DNA of 64,000 bases from an uncultured Verrucomicrobiae bacterium (GCA_963818965.1 CAWFUG010000011.1:224001-288000), one strand, 5' to 3'. Positions 19,393 to 29,276 are shown, counted from the first letter of the stretch. Translations and numbers: made by a program. Notes: generated by a model from the sequence alone, not told the origin.

Positions 19393-20774
19393 TTCCCCCC
19401 CTGGGAGAGCAAATCGAGCACCCGCCCCATACTCACAAATCCGAGCTCAAATCGATCTAAAGCAAAATGCTCATTCGGCGCGTGAATGTCATCACTCGGA
19501 AGCGCTACGCCGATCATCGCGACCTCTGATTGAGAAGCGCGCTCGAGCTCTGGAACGATCGGAATCGAGCCTCCACTTAACACATAGTGACACTCTACCC
19601 CAAATACCTCGCCATAAGCTGTCGCCACCGTTTTGACGATTGCAGAATCGACAGGGCTGCGGTAAGCGGGTGCTCCTTCGAGGACATGCACACTCACTTC
19701 GATCCCTTGCGGAGCGTGCGCTTGGAGATGCTGCTCGACCAAGCGAGCAATTACAACTGGATCTTGACTTGGGACCAATCGGCACGAGAGTTTGGCAAAG
19801 GCCTTTGCGGGGATGACCGTCTTAAATCCCTTTCCCGTATAACCGCCCCACATCCCATTGATCTCTAACGTCGGTCTCAGTCCATTCGACTCTCGAATAG
19901 AGCGCCCTTTTTCATTGCAAAATGCTTTCACACCAAAGCTTTTTTGATACGACTCTTCATCGAAAGTGAGATCGAGATGAGCCTTTTGCTCTTTAGAAAG
20001 CGATTCTACAGCGTCGTAAAAATGGGCAATAGCCACACTCCCCTTTTCATCCCACAGAGAATGCAATATCTGCACGAGCGCGCGGTTGGGATTCAGTGCG
20101 ATCCCCCCATGGATTCCTGAATGCAAATCGATCGAGGAATTCGAGCACTGCACCTCAAGAGCGGTAATGCCCCGGATCCCCAAAGTGATCGCAGGCGTCT
20201 TCGCATCGATCATATCGGAATCAACGACGAGTAGATAATCTGCCTTCAATTCTGAACGCTTCTTTTGTAACACCTCTGCCGTTCCCTTACTCGCACACTC
20301 TTCCTCTCCCTCGATCATCACCTTGATATTGAGATCGATCTGCTGCGCCAATTGGAAAAAAGCCTTGAGCGCTGTGAGCGTGTAAAAACACTGTCCCTTA
20401 TTGTCAGATGCTCCCCGCGCATAAATCTCCTGATCCCTAATAGTCGGCTGAAACGGATCGCTCTTCCACAGCTCCAATGGATCGACAGGCTGTACATCGT
20501 AGTGGTGATAGATCAAAAGAGTCGGGCGATTAGGAGTCTGTGTGCGATAAGAACCAAAGACGACAGGAAGCCCCGAAGTGTCCCATATCTCTGTGGATAA
20601 TCCAAAGGCATTCATGTAGTCACAGAGCCAACGCGCCGTTTCGCGGCAGCGCTCGTGATACTGAGGATCCGCACTGATGCTTGGGAAACTCAAAAAGGTC
20701 ACAAAATCTTTCAAGATCAGCTCGCGATGGGTCTGGTACCATCTCTTTAACTGATCGATTGAAACTTGTGTCAT
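19389..20774 (-). CDS. M20 family dipeptidase
   Basis: HYDVQP, ARGASDNKGQ, EGEEE, DLHSG, GGSIP and HAPNE motifs. Confidence 0.9.
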   Translation of the reverse strand: MTQVSIDQLKRWYQTHRELILKDFVTFLSFPSISADPQYHERCRETARWLCDYMNAFGLSTEIWDTSGLPVVFGSYRTQTPNRPTLLIYHHYDVQPVDPLELWKSDPFQPTIRDQEIYARGASDNKGQCFYTLTALKAFFQLAQQIDLNIKVMIEGEEECASKGTAEVLQKKRSELKADYLLVVDSDMIDAKTPAITLGIRGITALEVQCSNSSIDLHSGIHGGIALNPNRALVQILHSLWDEKGSVAIAHFYDAVESLSKEQKAHLDLTFDEESYQKSFGVKAFCNEKGRSIRESNGLRPTLEINGMWGGYTGKGFKTVIPAKAFAKLSCRLVPSQDPVVIARLVEQHLQAHAPQGIEVSVHVLEGAPAYRSPVDSAIVKTVATAYGEVFGVECHYVLSGGSIPIVPELERASQSEVAMIGVALPSDDIHAPNEHFALDRFELGFVSMGRVLDLLSQGGK

Positions 20775-20777
20775 ACG

Positions 20778-20987
20778 TTAGAATCCAGTCTGAAGCCGAC
20801 CTTGTGCACTTTGTAAGAGGTACTCTGCTAAAGTCGCATCTCCCTCATAGGTCATTTCTACTTCGATCTTACCATCCTCAGATGGCTCACTGCAAGTAAT
20901 GAGTACATAACACGCATTTTTTTCGCCGAGCACCAAATGCTTAGATTTCTTCTTATCGTCTTTTCCCTCATTAAAATCGACCAACAT
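20778..20987 (-). CDS. Small conserved chlamydial hypothetical protein
   Basis: ACYVLITC..PSEDGKIEVEMTYEGD motif, GGAG RBS, in an operon with the peptidase. Confidence 0.7.
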   Translation of the reverse strand: MLVDFNEGKDDKKKSKHLVLGEKNACYVLITCSEPSEDGKIEVEMTYEGDATLAEYLLQSAQGRLQTGF

Positions 20988-21114
20988 AGGTGCTCCCTTT
21001 TATACACACGTGCATATAACGGATAAATCGCACAGACCTGAATATTTCTGCAAAGAAAAAGCAATTAATATGCTGGGTGTATAGAGAGACCGTTGTTTTG
21101 GAAACATCTAATTT

Positions 21115-21555
21115 TTACGGAAGGAACCGTTTAGAGGACGTGTCGACTGGTGTGAGAGTTCTCGTCTTGCCAAACCATTGAAACCGGTGGCGCGCGACCC
21201 ATCGATAGAGCCAGTTGTAGAGAAAGGAGGGAAGAAAAGAAAAGAGGCCAGCGATTTTCCAGATGCTCCCTAAGAGCCAACAAGCGCGCAAGGCCCCTTT
21301 GCCAAAAAAGAACATCTTGGGGCGTGTCCGATAATTTTCTATAAGCACGAATGTCTCTGCTTTAAGAGTATGAGTTTCCAAAAACTGATGCGCTGTTTCT
21401 CCTTGAAGCGGCGTGAAGACAAAGCGGTGCTTCCGATCCTGCTTCAAAAAAAAACCCACCGTTCGATGACACAGACCACACGTTCCGTCATAACAAATGA
21501 GGTGCTTGGCTCTAAGCATTTTTAACTCCACTCTATTCCAAATACCAGCAAACAC
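21115..21555 (-). CDS. DUF393/DCC1-like thiol-disulfide oxidoreductase
   Basis: YDGTCGLC and YRWVARHRFQWFGK motifs. Start may be at MLRAKH. Confidence 0.85.
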   Translation of the reverse strand: MFAGIWNRVELKMLRAKHLICYDGTCGLCHRTVGFFLKQDRKHRFVFTPLQGETAHQFLETHTLKAETFVLIENYRTRPKMFFFGKGALRACWLLGSIWKIAGLFSFLPSFLYNWLYRWVARHRFQWFGKTRTLTPVDTSSKRFLP

Positions 21556-21642
21556 TCATATCCCAAAAGTTATTTTAAAATTCCCCTCCTACCGTTGAAA
21601 AATATTTCCTATAAATTGTTACAAGCTCCCAGCCTCATGGAA

Positions 21643-21672
21643 TTGACAGATTAGGGAGCTAGAGGTCATAAT
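21643..21672 (+). promoter_or_regulatory. Putative htpX promoter
   Basis: TTGACA-18 nt-CATAAT. The -35 lies inside an inverted repeat agctccc...gggagct (21624-21660). Confidence 0.45.
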
Positions 21673-21695
21673 GACCGCTTAAATGGAGTGGAACT

Positions 21696-22616
21696 ATGGC
21701 AGTCGCTAAGCGCGTTTTCCTGTTTGTCGTAATCAATTTTTTGGTGATCATCACCCTTTCGATCGTCCTCAGTCTATTCCACGTCGGGCCGTTTTTGAAA
21801 AACTATGGTCTCGATGTGCCGTCTCTTCTGATCTTTTGCTTGGTTTGGGGGATGGGAGGTGCTTTTATTTCATTGGCTCTCTCACGACAGATGGCGAAGT
21901 GGTTGATGGGTGTCAAAGTGATCGATCCTAACACCTCAAGCCCAGAGCTGCGCGCGTTGCTCTCTGTGGTTTATAAACTGGCAAAAGAAGCGCGGTTGCC
22001 TGCCCTTCCCGAAGTGGGGATTTTCGAATCGAAAGAAGCGAATGCCTTTGCGACAGGGCCGACGAAAAAGCGCTCTCTCGTCGCTGTTTCCACAGGATTG
22101 TTACAGAAAATGTCCCCAGGCGAACTCGAAGGGGTACTCGCCCACGAAATCACCCACATTGCCAATGGCGATATGGTGACGATGACGCTCATTCAGGGGA
22201 TCATTAACGCCTTTGTCATGTTCTTGGCGCGGATTTTGGCTTATGTCTTTTCTGGACTCGGACGGGACAGAAATCAGGGCGGCTCTGGCTCCTACCTTTC
22301 CTACTACGTGTTCGTCTTTTTATTCGAGATCGTCTTCATGGTCCTCGGCTCTCTCGTCATTTGCTGGTTCTCTCGCTGGCGAGAATTTCGCGCAGACAGC
22401 GGCGGGGCAGGTCTCGCAGGCAAGGAAAAGATGATCGCTGCCTTGGAGTGTTTGCAAAGAACGCAACAGATCCAAGATCCCCGTGTGGCTAAACCCTCTT
22501 TCCAGGCCTTCAAGATCTCTACTCAGAAGAAGAGCGGGCTGAGGGCTCTATTTGCAACTCATCCCCCTCTTGAAGATCGGATTGAGCGCCTGCGCAGCTT
22601 GCCGTTGCGTAGTTAA
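21696..22616 (+). CDS. htpX: Zinc metalloprotease HtpX
   Basis: NAFATG, HEITHIANGDMVTMTL, SRWREFRAD and THPPLEDRI motifs. Confidence 0.95.
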   Translation: MAVAKRVFLFVVINFLVIITLSIVLSLFHVGPFLKNYGLDVPSLLIFCLVWGMGGAFISLALSRQMAKWLMGVKVIDPNTSSPELRALLSVVYKLAKEARLPALPEVGIFESKEANAFATGPTKKRSLVAVSTGLLQKMSPGELEGVLAHEITHIANGDMVTMTLIQGIINAFVMFLARILAYVFSGLGRDRNQGGSGSYLSYYVFVFLFEIVFMVLGSLVICWFSRWREFRADSGGAGLAGKEKMIAALECLQRTQQIQDPRVAKPSFQAFKISTQKKSGLRALFATHPPLEDRIERLRSLPLRS

Positions 22617-22728
22617 GATTTATAAATTCGTACCCTTAAGAAAACTCAAAAATGCGACCTAATGAAGAAAAAATAACAGGATATTATCCTGTTATTTTTT
22701 CTTGTCAGGCTTGGTGTAATGAGCTCAA

Positions 22729-23538
22729 CTACTCCTGAGCTTGCACTTCCTCGGCTTGGCTCTCCCAATAGGTGTCGATTACCTTTTCGACAGCGCTGCG
22801 TAGGGAGGAGTTGACTTTGGGCAGGCGATTGACGACGGATTGAGCCCACTCGAAGTACTGATCGATCCGGGTTTGGCTCCAGTCGGAGGGAGGGTTGGTG
22901 AGGAGATCGGTCACGTTGTAGAGCTTGTCTGCCATCTTGATCTGTGCAGCTCCCTTCGATTTGTGGGAGGCTCCAGCCACTTGCATCCGTTTGCGCATTT
23001 CTGCGGAAAGGGATTTGTCATCTGTCATCTCTTTGACATAACCAGTGACGACGGGGCCAAATTTCTGTTGGAGCTCTTCGAAAGTCGTTTCTGTATCTTC
23101 TACTGTGTCATGCAAAAGAGCTCCTATGATCACAGCGGGATCCCTCACTTGTCCGATATCTACGAGATGATGCGCTACGCCGATCGGATGGGAGATGTAG
23201 GGGGTCTTCTCTTTGTTTTTACGCGTCTGGAAGCGGTGTTTTTCCGCAGCAAAATCGATCGCTCGGCTGATTTCCTGTATCTCGCTGACCGTCAATGCAT
23301 GTTCTTCAGAATAAGCCTTTAGAAGCGCTGAGGAGAAGAGATCGAATTTTTCCATGACGGTGTGGTCGTTGTGGGCGAGTTCTGCGACGTGGTCTCTAGA
23401 GCGCTTTAAAGTCTCCTCCACAACAGGATCTTCTCCAACCACCACTATCTCGACCTTTTTTTCCTCGAATACTTCCTCAGACATCCCACTTGCCGCAATA
23501 GAAACCATAACCAAAGATAAAACTAAACTTTTGCTCAT
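22729..23538 (-). CDS. Mesh1-like HD-domain (p)ppGpp hydrolase with an N-terminal signal peptide
   Basis: PYISHPIGVA, LLHDTVEDT, EMTDDKSL and KMADKLYN motifs. Hydrophobic signal-like N-terminus. Confidence 0.85.
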   Translation of the reverse strand: MSKSLVLSLVMVSIAASGMSEEVFEEKKVEIVVVGEDPVVEETLKRSRDHVAELAHNDHTVMEKFDLFSSALLKAYSEEHALTVSEIQEISRAIDFAAEKHRFQTRKNKEKTPYISHPIGVAHHLVDIGQVRDPAVIIGALLHDTVEDTETTFEELQQKFGPVVTGYVKEMTDDKSLSAEMRKRMQVAGASHKSKGAAQIKMADKLYNVTDLLTNPPSDWSQTRIDQYFEWAQSVVNRLPKVNSSLRSAVEKVIDTYWESQAEEVQAQE

Positions 23539-23627
23539 ACACCCCTACCCTATAAAGTTTTATTTGTAGGATAACAAACAAAGGGCAAAAAAACAACCCC
23601 CAAAAACATCTTTAAGAACCACATGAC

Positions 23628-23735
23628 GGCGCCATTGCATAAAGGGAAAGTAATACCACAGAGAGGGAAAACCACAGAGAAAAAATTCATAAAACAAATT
23701 TTCTCTCTGTGGTTTCCCCTCTCTGTGGTAAAAAC
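23628..23735 (-). repeat. Degenerate family A element
   Basis: ggcgccattgcataaa...accacagagagggaaaaccacagag...ctctgtggtttcccctctctgtggt. Confidence 0.8.
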
Positions 23736-23739
23736 TTCC

Positions 23740-25107
23740 TTAAGAGCTGCGCGACAAGAGCGCAATGGGATGATCGAGAGCGACTAATGCATCTGCTTCC
23801 ATAGTAAAGACTTGGTGGGGATGGATGATGTCGCATAAATTTTTTAGACTCTCGCACTGAAGGACGATGAAATCGACTTCTGCCAGCGAAGAGAGGAGGG
23901 AAACGAACTCTTCATCGGGTGCGGAATCGCGGACATAGACGATCAATTTTTGAGAGGGGTCTTTAGAGGAGAGTTTTCTCAAGCTGCGGAAAAGACCTGT
24001 CGACATTCCGTGAGAACTATCGATACCGAAAACAGTGTAGCGCTTGCCCTTAAGTGCTTGTTGTAAGGCGAAGAGGTGCTCTTCGTCGAAGATTTTATTT
24101 TCGACGTCGAATTCTAAAAGGCGCTCTGCCACTTCAGAGAGGTTGATCCGCGCACACCCTAATCGCTCGATTGACATCCCTGCTGCGATGTTGGCCAGCT
24201 GAGCGCCGTAGCGGATATCGAGTTTATTGGCGACCGCAATGCTGATCATCGACAAGACAGTATCGCCCGCTCCGGTGACGTCTTTAACCTCTTTAGAGCG
24301 CACGGGAAAATCGAACTGTTGTCCCGCCTGATTGAAGAGGGAGATCCCCTGTTCTGAACGGGTGATCAGGACCATTTCCGCATGGCATGTATTTAAAATC
24401 AAAGAAGCCACTCGATCCAGAGGAGCATCTGGAGGGAGTTTTGCTGCGACATAAGCTTCTGCGAGGTTGGGCTTGATCACTGTAGCGCCCTCATACTTCG
24501 AAAAATCTGCCCCTTTTGGATCGACGATCACGGGGATCTCTTTGGCGCGTGCGCGATCGATGATCCCCTTCAAGAGCTCGCGCGACAAGAATCCCTTTGC
24601 ATAATCAGAGATCGCAATCGCTTGTACTTCTTCAAAGAGAGTAGGGAGTTGCTCGAGTAGCTGTTGCTCGAGTTGTTCTGGTAGCGGTGATACCGTCTCA
24701 AAGTCGACGCGGATCACTTGCTGCGATTCTGCGATCAGCCGATTTTTAACGGGCGTCTGATATCCCCTTTGCACGAGGAGATGGTCGATATCTACACCTT
24801 CTGATCGCAATGCGCTCTGGAGCTCTTCTCCTGCGCGATCATATCCGATCCGACCGACGGCGATGACTTCTGCCCCCAAAGAGACCAAATTCAAAACGAC
24901 GTTCCCTGCACCTCCGGGCCGACTCACCTCTTTTTCCACATGCAAGACAGAGACGGGTGCCTCTGGAGAAATCCGTTTGATCTTGCCCGTCGTGTAAGTA
25001 TCTAGCATAAAATCGCCGATGACGAGCACACGCACTCGACTGAACCGGCTAAGCATCCCGCTGAGCTTTACCATCTCTCCCCTTTTAGCAAATAATTTCT
25101 GACGCAA
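23740..25107 (-). CDS. hldE: Heptose-7-phosphate kinase (HldE-like) with a degenerate adenylyltransferase domain
   Basis: RISPEAPV, GGAGNV, SDYAKG, VDPKG and DVTGAGDT motifs. The C-terminal domain lacks HxGH. Start probably MVKLSG. Confidence 0.85.
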   Translation of the reverse strand: MRQKLFAKRGEMVKLSGMLSRFSRVRVLVIGDFMLDTYTTGKIKRISPEAPVSVLHVEKEVSRPGGAGNVVLNLVSLGAEVIAVGRIGYDRAGEELQSALRSEGVDIDHLLVQRGYQTPVKNRLIAESQQVIRVDFETVSPLPEQLEQQLLEQLPTLFEEVQAIAISDYAKGFLSRELLKGIIDRARAKEIPVIVDPKGADFSKYEGATVIKPNLAEAYVAAKLPPDAPLDRVASLILNTCHAEMVLITRSEQGISLFNQAGQQFDFPVRSKEVKDVTGAGDTVLSMISIAVANKLDIRYGAQLANIAAGMSIERLGCARINLSEVAERLLEFDVENKIFDEEHLFALQQALKGKRYTVFGIDSSHGMSTGLFRSLRKLSSKDPSQKLIVYVRDSAPDEEFVSLLSSLAEVDFIVLQCESLKNLCDIIHPHQVFTMEADALVALDHPIALLSRSS

Positions 25108-26066
25108 TCGATCACAGCATCCTCTACAGAATATTCACACAGAGGATCGGAGGGAGAAAGGCGCATCGCCTCTCTATACTTCGCCATTTCGGCACAGGTG
25201 TAGTTCTGGTACTGACCACCGAGATCTTTGGGCATATCGATGTACTTGATCTGAGGAGAGCGCTCCAACGCCTTGAATACGGCGCGTGCGAGCTCATTCC
25301 ACGTCGTCGCCACTCCTGACCCGATGTTGAAAAGACCACCCAGAGAATTTTTTAAAAATGCGCATGTCATGCGTACTGCATCTTTAACATAGAGGAAATC
25401 GCGGCGCTGATCTCCATCGGCAAAGTGCTGGGAATCGTTCGATTTAAAGAGTTGTACGACTCCCTCATTTTGGATGATAGGGAGCATTTTATAGACCATC
25501 GAGGCCATCCGCCCTTTGTGGTTTTCGTTAGGGCCGAAGATATTGAAATATTTCAATCCGACGATCCGATCGAAAACCCCTTGCTGCTTGGCCCACAGAT
25601 CGAAGGAGTGCTTCGAAAATCCATACAGATTTAACGGCTTTAATCGTTCGATCCCATCGAGATCATCCTGAAATCCCAGCGCTCCATTGCCATAGGTCGC
25701 AGCAGAAGAGGCGTAGATGAAACGCTGCCCATGAGTCAGAGCGTATTCTGCAAGCCGAATCGAATACCGGTAGTTATTCTCTAAGAGATAATCACCGTCG
25801 GTTTCTAAAGTATCAGAACAAGCTCCGAGATGGATAAATGCACCGATTTCATGCTCCCTTCCTTGGAGCCAGTGAAAAAGAGAGTGGCGCGATATCAAAT
25901 CGACCGATTTTTTCTGAATGAGGTTCTTCCATTTCTCTGTCTTCTTGATATCATCGACGAGAATCAAGTGATCGATGCCGAGATCATTGAGATAGCGGAC
26001 GCAACAAGATCCTATAAACCCTGCGGCCCCTGTGATAACGATGAGTGGATGTGATTGTTTACGCAT
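25068..26066 (-). CDS. hldD: ADP-L-glycero-D-manno-heptose 6-epimerase
   Basis: TGAAGFIG, HLGACSDT, YASSAATYG, YGFSK and HKGRMASM motifs. Confidence 0.92.
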   Translation of the reverse strand: MRKQSHPLIVITGAAGFIGSCCVRYLNDLGIDHLILVDDIKKTEKWKNLIQKKSVDLISRHSLFHWLQGREHEIGAFIHLGACSDTLETDGDYLLENNYRYSIRLAEYALTHGQRFIYASSAATYGNGALGFQDDLDGIERLKPLNLYGFSKHSFDLWAKQQGVFDRIVGLKYFNIFGPNENHKGRMASMVYKMLPIIQNEGVVQLFKSNDSQHFADGDQRRDFLYVKDAVRMTCAFLKNSLGGLFNIGSGVATTWNELARAVFKALERSPQIKYIDMPKDLGGQYQNYTCAEMAKYREAMRLSPSDPLCEYSVEDAVIDCVRNYLLKGERW

Positions 26067-26080
26067 AACGCATTATTATA

Positions 26081-26959
26081 TCAGACTTTTGGAAATTCAT
26101 ACCAGTGTCCGTATTGCCTACGGAGGGGTTGTACTAAAAAAGAGGAGAAATTTGAGGATTTATACCCAAGTGGACCCATTCGGGTCGAGTCTATCGTTTT
26201 TTCCCCAAAGAAACAGAGCATCGCCGTCCCGCTTCCCGTCATGATGACCTTCTCAAATCCCGCTCCTTTAAGCTCCTCTTTTAGAGTTTCTAAATAGGGC
26301 ATTAAAGTAAAGGCGGAAAATTCCAAGTCGTTAAACAGCTCTAAATCTCCTGCTAGCGCTCGTTTGACAAAGAGATCGGGATCCCTTTTAGGAAATTGAT
26401 CGATCACGCAGTTGCGGTAGACAAGAGGAGTTGAGAGACCAGCTTTTGGCTTTATGATCCAGAATGGTTCTAAATTCAGGGGAGGAAGGTCTTCCAATCG
26501 TTCACCTCTTCCTCTAGAATAAGCCGTTCCTGAAGAGAAAAAAAAGGGGGCGTCTGAGCTGAATTCACTCACCCACGAGGCGAGCTCGCGCTCCTCAATT
26601 CCCATCCCTGTGAGTTGATTCAATCCCCATAAAGTCGTCGCCGCATTCCCACTTCCCCCTCCGAGTCCTGCTTCGACCGGGATCTTCTTATCCAAACGGA
26701 TGCAGCAAGCCCCTTTCCATCCCGTCTTTTTGCGAAAGAGAGAGAGAGATTTCAAGATTAAGTTAGATTCGTCTCGAGGAATCGTCGAGTCTTCGCAGAA
26801 AAAAGCATCTCTCTCTTCTAATGAAATTTGAATTTCATCGAAGAGAGAGACCGCTTGTACTAAAGAGGCAATTTCGTGATAGCCATCCTCTCGCTTGCTT
26901 AACACGCGAAAAAAGAGGTTGACCTTAGCGGGAGAAAGGAGAGTGATTCCTTCCTTCAC
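26081..26959 (-). CDS. ispE: 4-diphosphocytidyl-2-C-methyl-D-erythritol kinase
   Basis: PAKVNLF, IPVEAGLGGGS, NDLE and MTGSG motifs. Confidence 0.92.
   Translation of the reverse strand: MKEGITLLSPAKVNLFFRVLSKREDGYHEIASLVQAVSLFDEIQISLEERDAFFCEDSTIPRDESNLILKSLSLFRKKTGWKGACCIRLDKKIPVEAGLGGGSGNAATTLWGLNQLTGMGIEERELASWVSEFSSDAPFFFSSGTAYSRGRGERLEDLPPLNLEPFWIIKPKAGLSTPLVYRNCVIDQFPKRDPDLFVKRALAGDLELFNDLEFSAFTLMPYLETLKEELKGAGFEKVIMTGSGTAMLCFFGEKTIDSTRMGPLGYKSSNFSSFLVQPLRRQYGHWYEFPKV
26161..26194 (+). repeat. Short TATAC element inside the ispE coding region
   Basis: TATACCCAAGTGGAC is identical to the intergenic copies at 6553, 11150 and 56763. Confidence 0.75.
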
Positions 26960-26962
26960 ACC

Positions 26963-27475
26963 TTAAGCCTCGACATTGTCATTGTGCTGCTCTGGAGCTT
27001 GCTGCTCTGGAGCTTTTAGACTGCCCCCTTCACTCACAACCTCGAGAGTAATTTCCGCAGGAACTCCCTCTTTGAGTTTGAGGCGAATCGGATACACGCC
27101 CAACGCTTTGATCGGTGCAGTCAATTCCACATTACGACGCTCGAGAGAAATTCCTTGTTCTTCCAAGAGGCGTGCGATATCTGATGCATTCACAGAACCA
27201 TACATACGGCCATCTGGATCGACTTTGACTTCGACCGTAAGTACCATCCCTTCGAGTTTTTGGGAGGTCTCTTCCGATGCTTTACGATCGATTTCAGCGC
27301 GTTCTGAACGCTCTTTTTGCAGTCTCGCCTGCATTCTCAGCGTAAATTTATCTGCGACTACAGCCTTTTTTTGAGGCAGTAAAAAATTGCGAGCAAATCC
27401 CGGCTTTACCTTGACGAGCTCTCCGCTACGACCGATATCTTCGACATCTTCGAGCAGTAATAACTGATGTTGCAT
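26963..27475 (-). CDS. rplI: 50S ribosomal protein L9
   Basis: VKVKPGFARNFLLP and GRMYGSV motifs. Confidence 0.95.
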   Translation of the reverse strand: MQHQLLLLEDVEDIGRSGELVKVKPGFARNFLLPQKKAVVADKFTLRMQARLQKERSERAEIDRKASEETSQKLEGMVLTVEVKVDPDGRMYGSVNASDIARLLEEQGISLERRNVELTAPIKALGVYPIRLKLKEGVPAEITLEVVSEGGSLKAPEQQAPEQHNDNVEA

Positions 27476-27486
27476 ATCTCTTCTCC

Positions 27487-27747
27487 TTATTCCTGAGCGA
27501 CAAATGGCAATAGGGCCATGTGTCTTGCGCGCTTCACCGCTTTGGCGAGTAATCTCTGGTGATAAGCAGAGACTCCAGTGATCCGTCGTGGGATGATCTT
27601 GCCGCGCTCGGTAATGAACTGACCCAACGTATTGATATCTTTATAATCGATGTAGCGCACCCCAGCCGCTGTAAAGGGGCATTGTTTGCGCTTTTTGACG
27701 AAGATTCCTTCGGCAACAGGAGATTTTTGTACAGGTGGTGTAGACAT
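27487..27747 (-). CDS. rpsR: 30S ribosomal protein S18
   Basis: [17 protein letters not shown] and [11 protein letters not shown] motifs. Confidence 0.95.
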   Translation of the reverse strand: MSTPPVQKSPVAEGIFVKKRKQCPFTAAGVRYIDYKDINTLGQFITERGKIIPRRITGVSAYHQRLLAKAVKRARHMALLPFVAQE

Positions 27748-27758
27748 CTTGAAACTCC

Positions 27759-28100
27759 TTAATCTCTCATGAGAGGTTTAAATTCGATTTTCTCAGGGAC
27801 TGCCTCCGCACGCAGCGTTGCGAACCGGATCAAATCCTCATTCAAGTGGTATTCTTTCCACATGTCGGATACGTGGTTCGAAGACGCAGTGAAATAGAGG
27901 AGGACGTAGTGACCTTCGCGACGTCCATTGATCTCATAAGCGAGTTTTTTACGCCCTTGATCGAACGTCTTTTTGATCTCCCCTCCACGGCTCGTAATGC
28001 CGTTTAAAACTTTCTCGAGCGCTTTTTGACGCGCTTCTTCACTCAGTGTCGCACTCAAGATATACATCCCTTCATAAAGATGTGTTCTCTGTTTAGACAT
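27759..28100 (-). CDS. rpsF: 30S ribosomal protein S6
   Basis: LYEGMYIL and GRKKLAYEI motifs. ATG at 28100 with a GGAG RBS. Confidence 0.95.
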   Translation of the reverse strand: MSKQRTHLYEGMYILSATLSEEARQKALEKVLNGITSRGGEIKKTFDQGRKKLAYEINGRREGHYVLLYFTASSNHVSDMWKEYHLNEDLIRFATLRAEAVPEKIEFKPLMRD

Positions 28101-28704
28101 TAGATTCTCCTTCTTTTCTTTCAATTTTTGCATTGGAAAATTGCATCGCCGCTGCAATTCCCAATAGCAACCACACTTCTAAGGCTTCGATCGCCTTAAG
28201 GGTTGCTTTTTCTAATTCTTCCCATTCTGGTTTAGAAAACTTACCCAAAACGTAATCGGATAAATCCTCATTGGGTTCTAAACCTACTCCCATTTTCAGC
28301 CGAGCGTAATGGATCGTCCTAAGATGCGCCTCGATGCTCTTGAGCCCATTGTGCCCACCCGCACTCCCTTTGCTACGCATCCGTGCACTCCCCAGTGGGA
28401 GCGCAATATCGTCGCAGACGACCATCATGTGATCGATCGGCACTTGGTAGTAATCCATACAGCGCCTCACTGCATCCCCACTCGAATTCATGAACGTCGT
28501 GGGCAAGAGGAGCAGCATCTTCTTCTCTTTTAAGCGCCCCTGCGCAATCTCACCGATGAGATGAGAAGAGTGTTTAAAAGACAAAGAGTGCTTTTTTGCA
28601 AACGACTGAACGACGGAAAAACCCGCGTTATGCCGCGTCTTTTCGTAAGATGTCCCAGGATTCCCCAGTCCCACTACCAAAAAGAACTTCTCTTCATCTT
28701 CCAC
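28093..28704 (-). CDS. pth: Peptidyl-tRNA hydrolase
   Basis: VGLGNPG, TRHNAGF, FMNSSG and GGHNGLKS motifs. Confidence 0.95.
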   Translation of the reverse strand: MEDEEKFFLVVGLGNPGTSYEKTRHNAGFSVVQSFAKKHSLSFKHSSHLIGEIAQGRLKEKKMLLLLPTTFMNSSGDAVRRCMDYYQVPIDHMMVVCDDIALPLGSARMRSKGSAGGHNGLKSIEAHLRTIHYARLKMGVGLEPNEDLSDYVLGKFSKPEWEELEKATLKAIEALEVWLLLGIAAAMQFSNAKIERKEGESNV

Positions 28705-28718
28705 GACTTAAAAACCCC

Positions 28719-29276
28719 TTATCTTTTCGCAACCACGACGAGCACTTCTTCTGGGCTGGCCAAAGGTCTAACGCCTTCAGGGAGGACAATGTCCTTTAAA
28801 CGCTTCGATTGGCGGATCCCTAAATCCCTAACATCGACCAAAAATTCCCTAGGAATACGATCGATCGGAGATTCTACTTTGACATGGCGGGCAACGGGTC
28901 TTAAAAAACCACCGAGCTTTACTCCGACGCAATCAGCAATCCCGGTGTAGTTCACAGGCACTTTTACATTCACCGGAACTCCATCGACCAACTCCTCGAA
29001 ATCGATATGGAAAACGATATAAGTCGTCGGATGGTACTGGATGTCCTTCACGATCGCCTTTCGCTCTCTCTTTACGCCACTTAAACTGAACACAGTAGTC
29101 GGCAACTGACCCGACTTAATCTGGCGCAAAGCTGCACTAAATTCAGTCCCGTCGACGATGATCTTCTGCGCTTCAGTCTTAGAAGAATACAGGATCGCAG
29201 GAATATTGCCCTCTCGGCGAATCTGTTTCAGAGCACCTTTCGTCTCGCTTTCGCGCGCTTTAATTGCGAGTTTCAT
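28719..29276 (-). CDS. rplY: 50S ribosomal protein L25/Ctc
   Basis: RREGNIPAILY, KDIQYHP and HIDF motifs. Confidence 0.95.
   Translation of the reverse strand: MKLAIKARESETKGALKQIRREGNIPAILYSSKTEAQKIIVDGTEFSAALRQIKSGQLPTTVFSLSGVKRERKAIVKDIQYHPTTYIVFHIDFEELVDGVPVNVKVPVNYTGIADCVGVKLGGFLRPVARHVKVESPIDRIPREFLVDVRDLGIRQSKRLKDIVLPEGVRPLASPEEVLVVVAKR

Noticed and set aside
21624..21660. Inverted repeat over the htpX -35 as CIRCE or an RNA thermometer
   Set aside because: Does not match CIRCE (TTAGCACTC-N9-GAGTGCTAA), the arms are only 7 bp, and it lies upstream of the likely transcription start.
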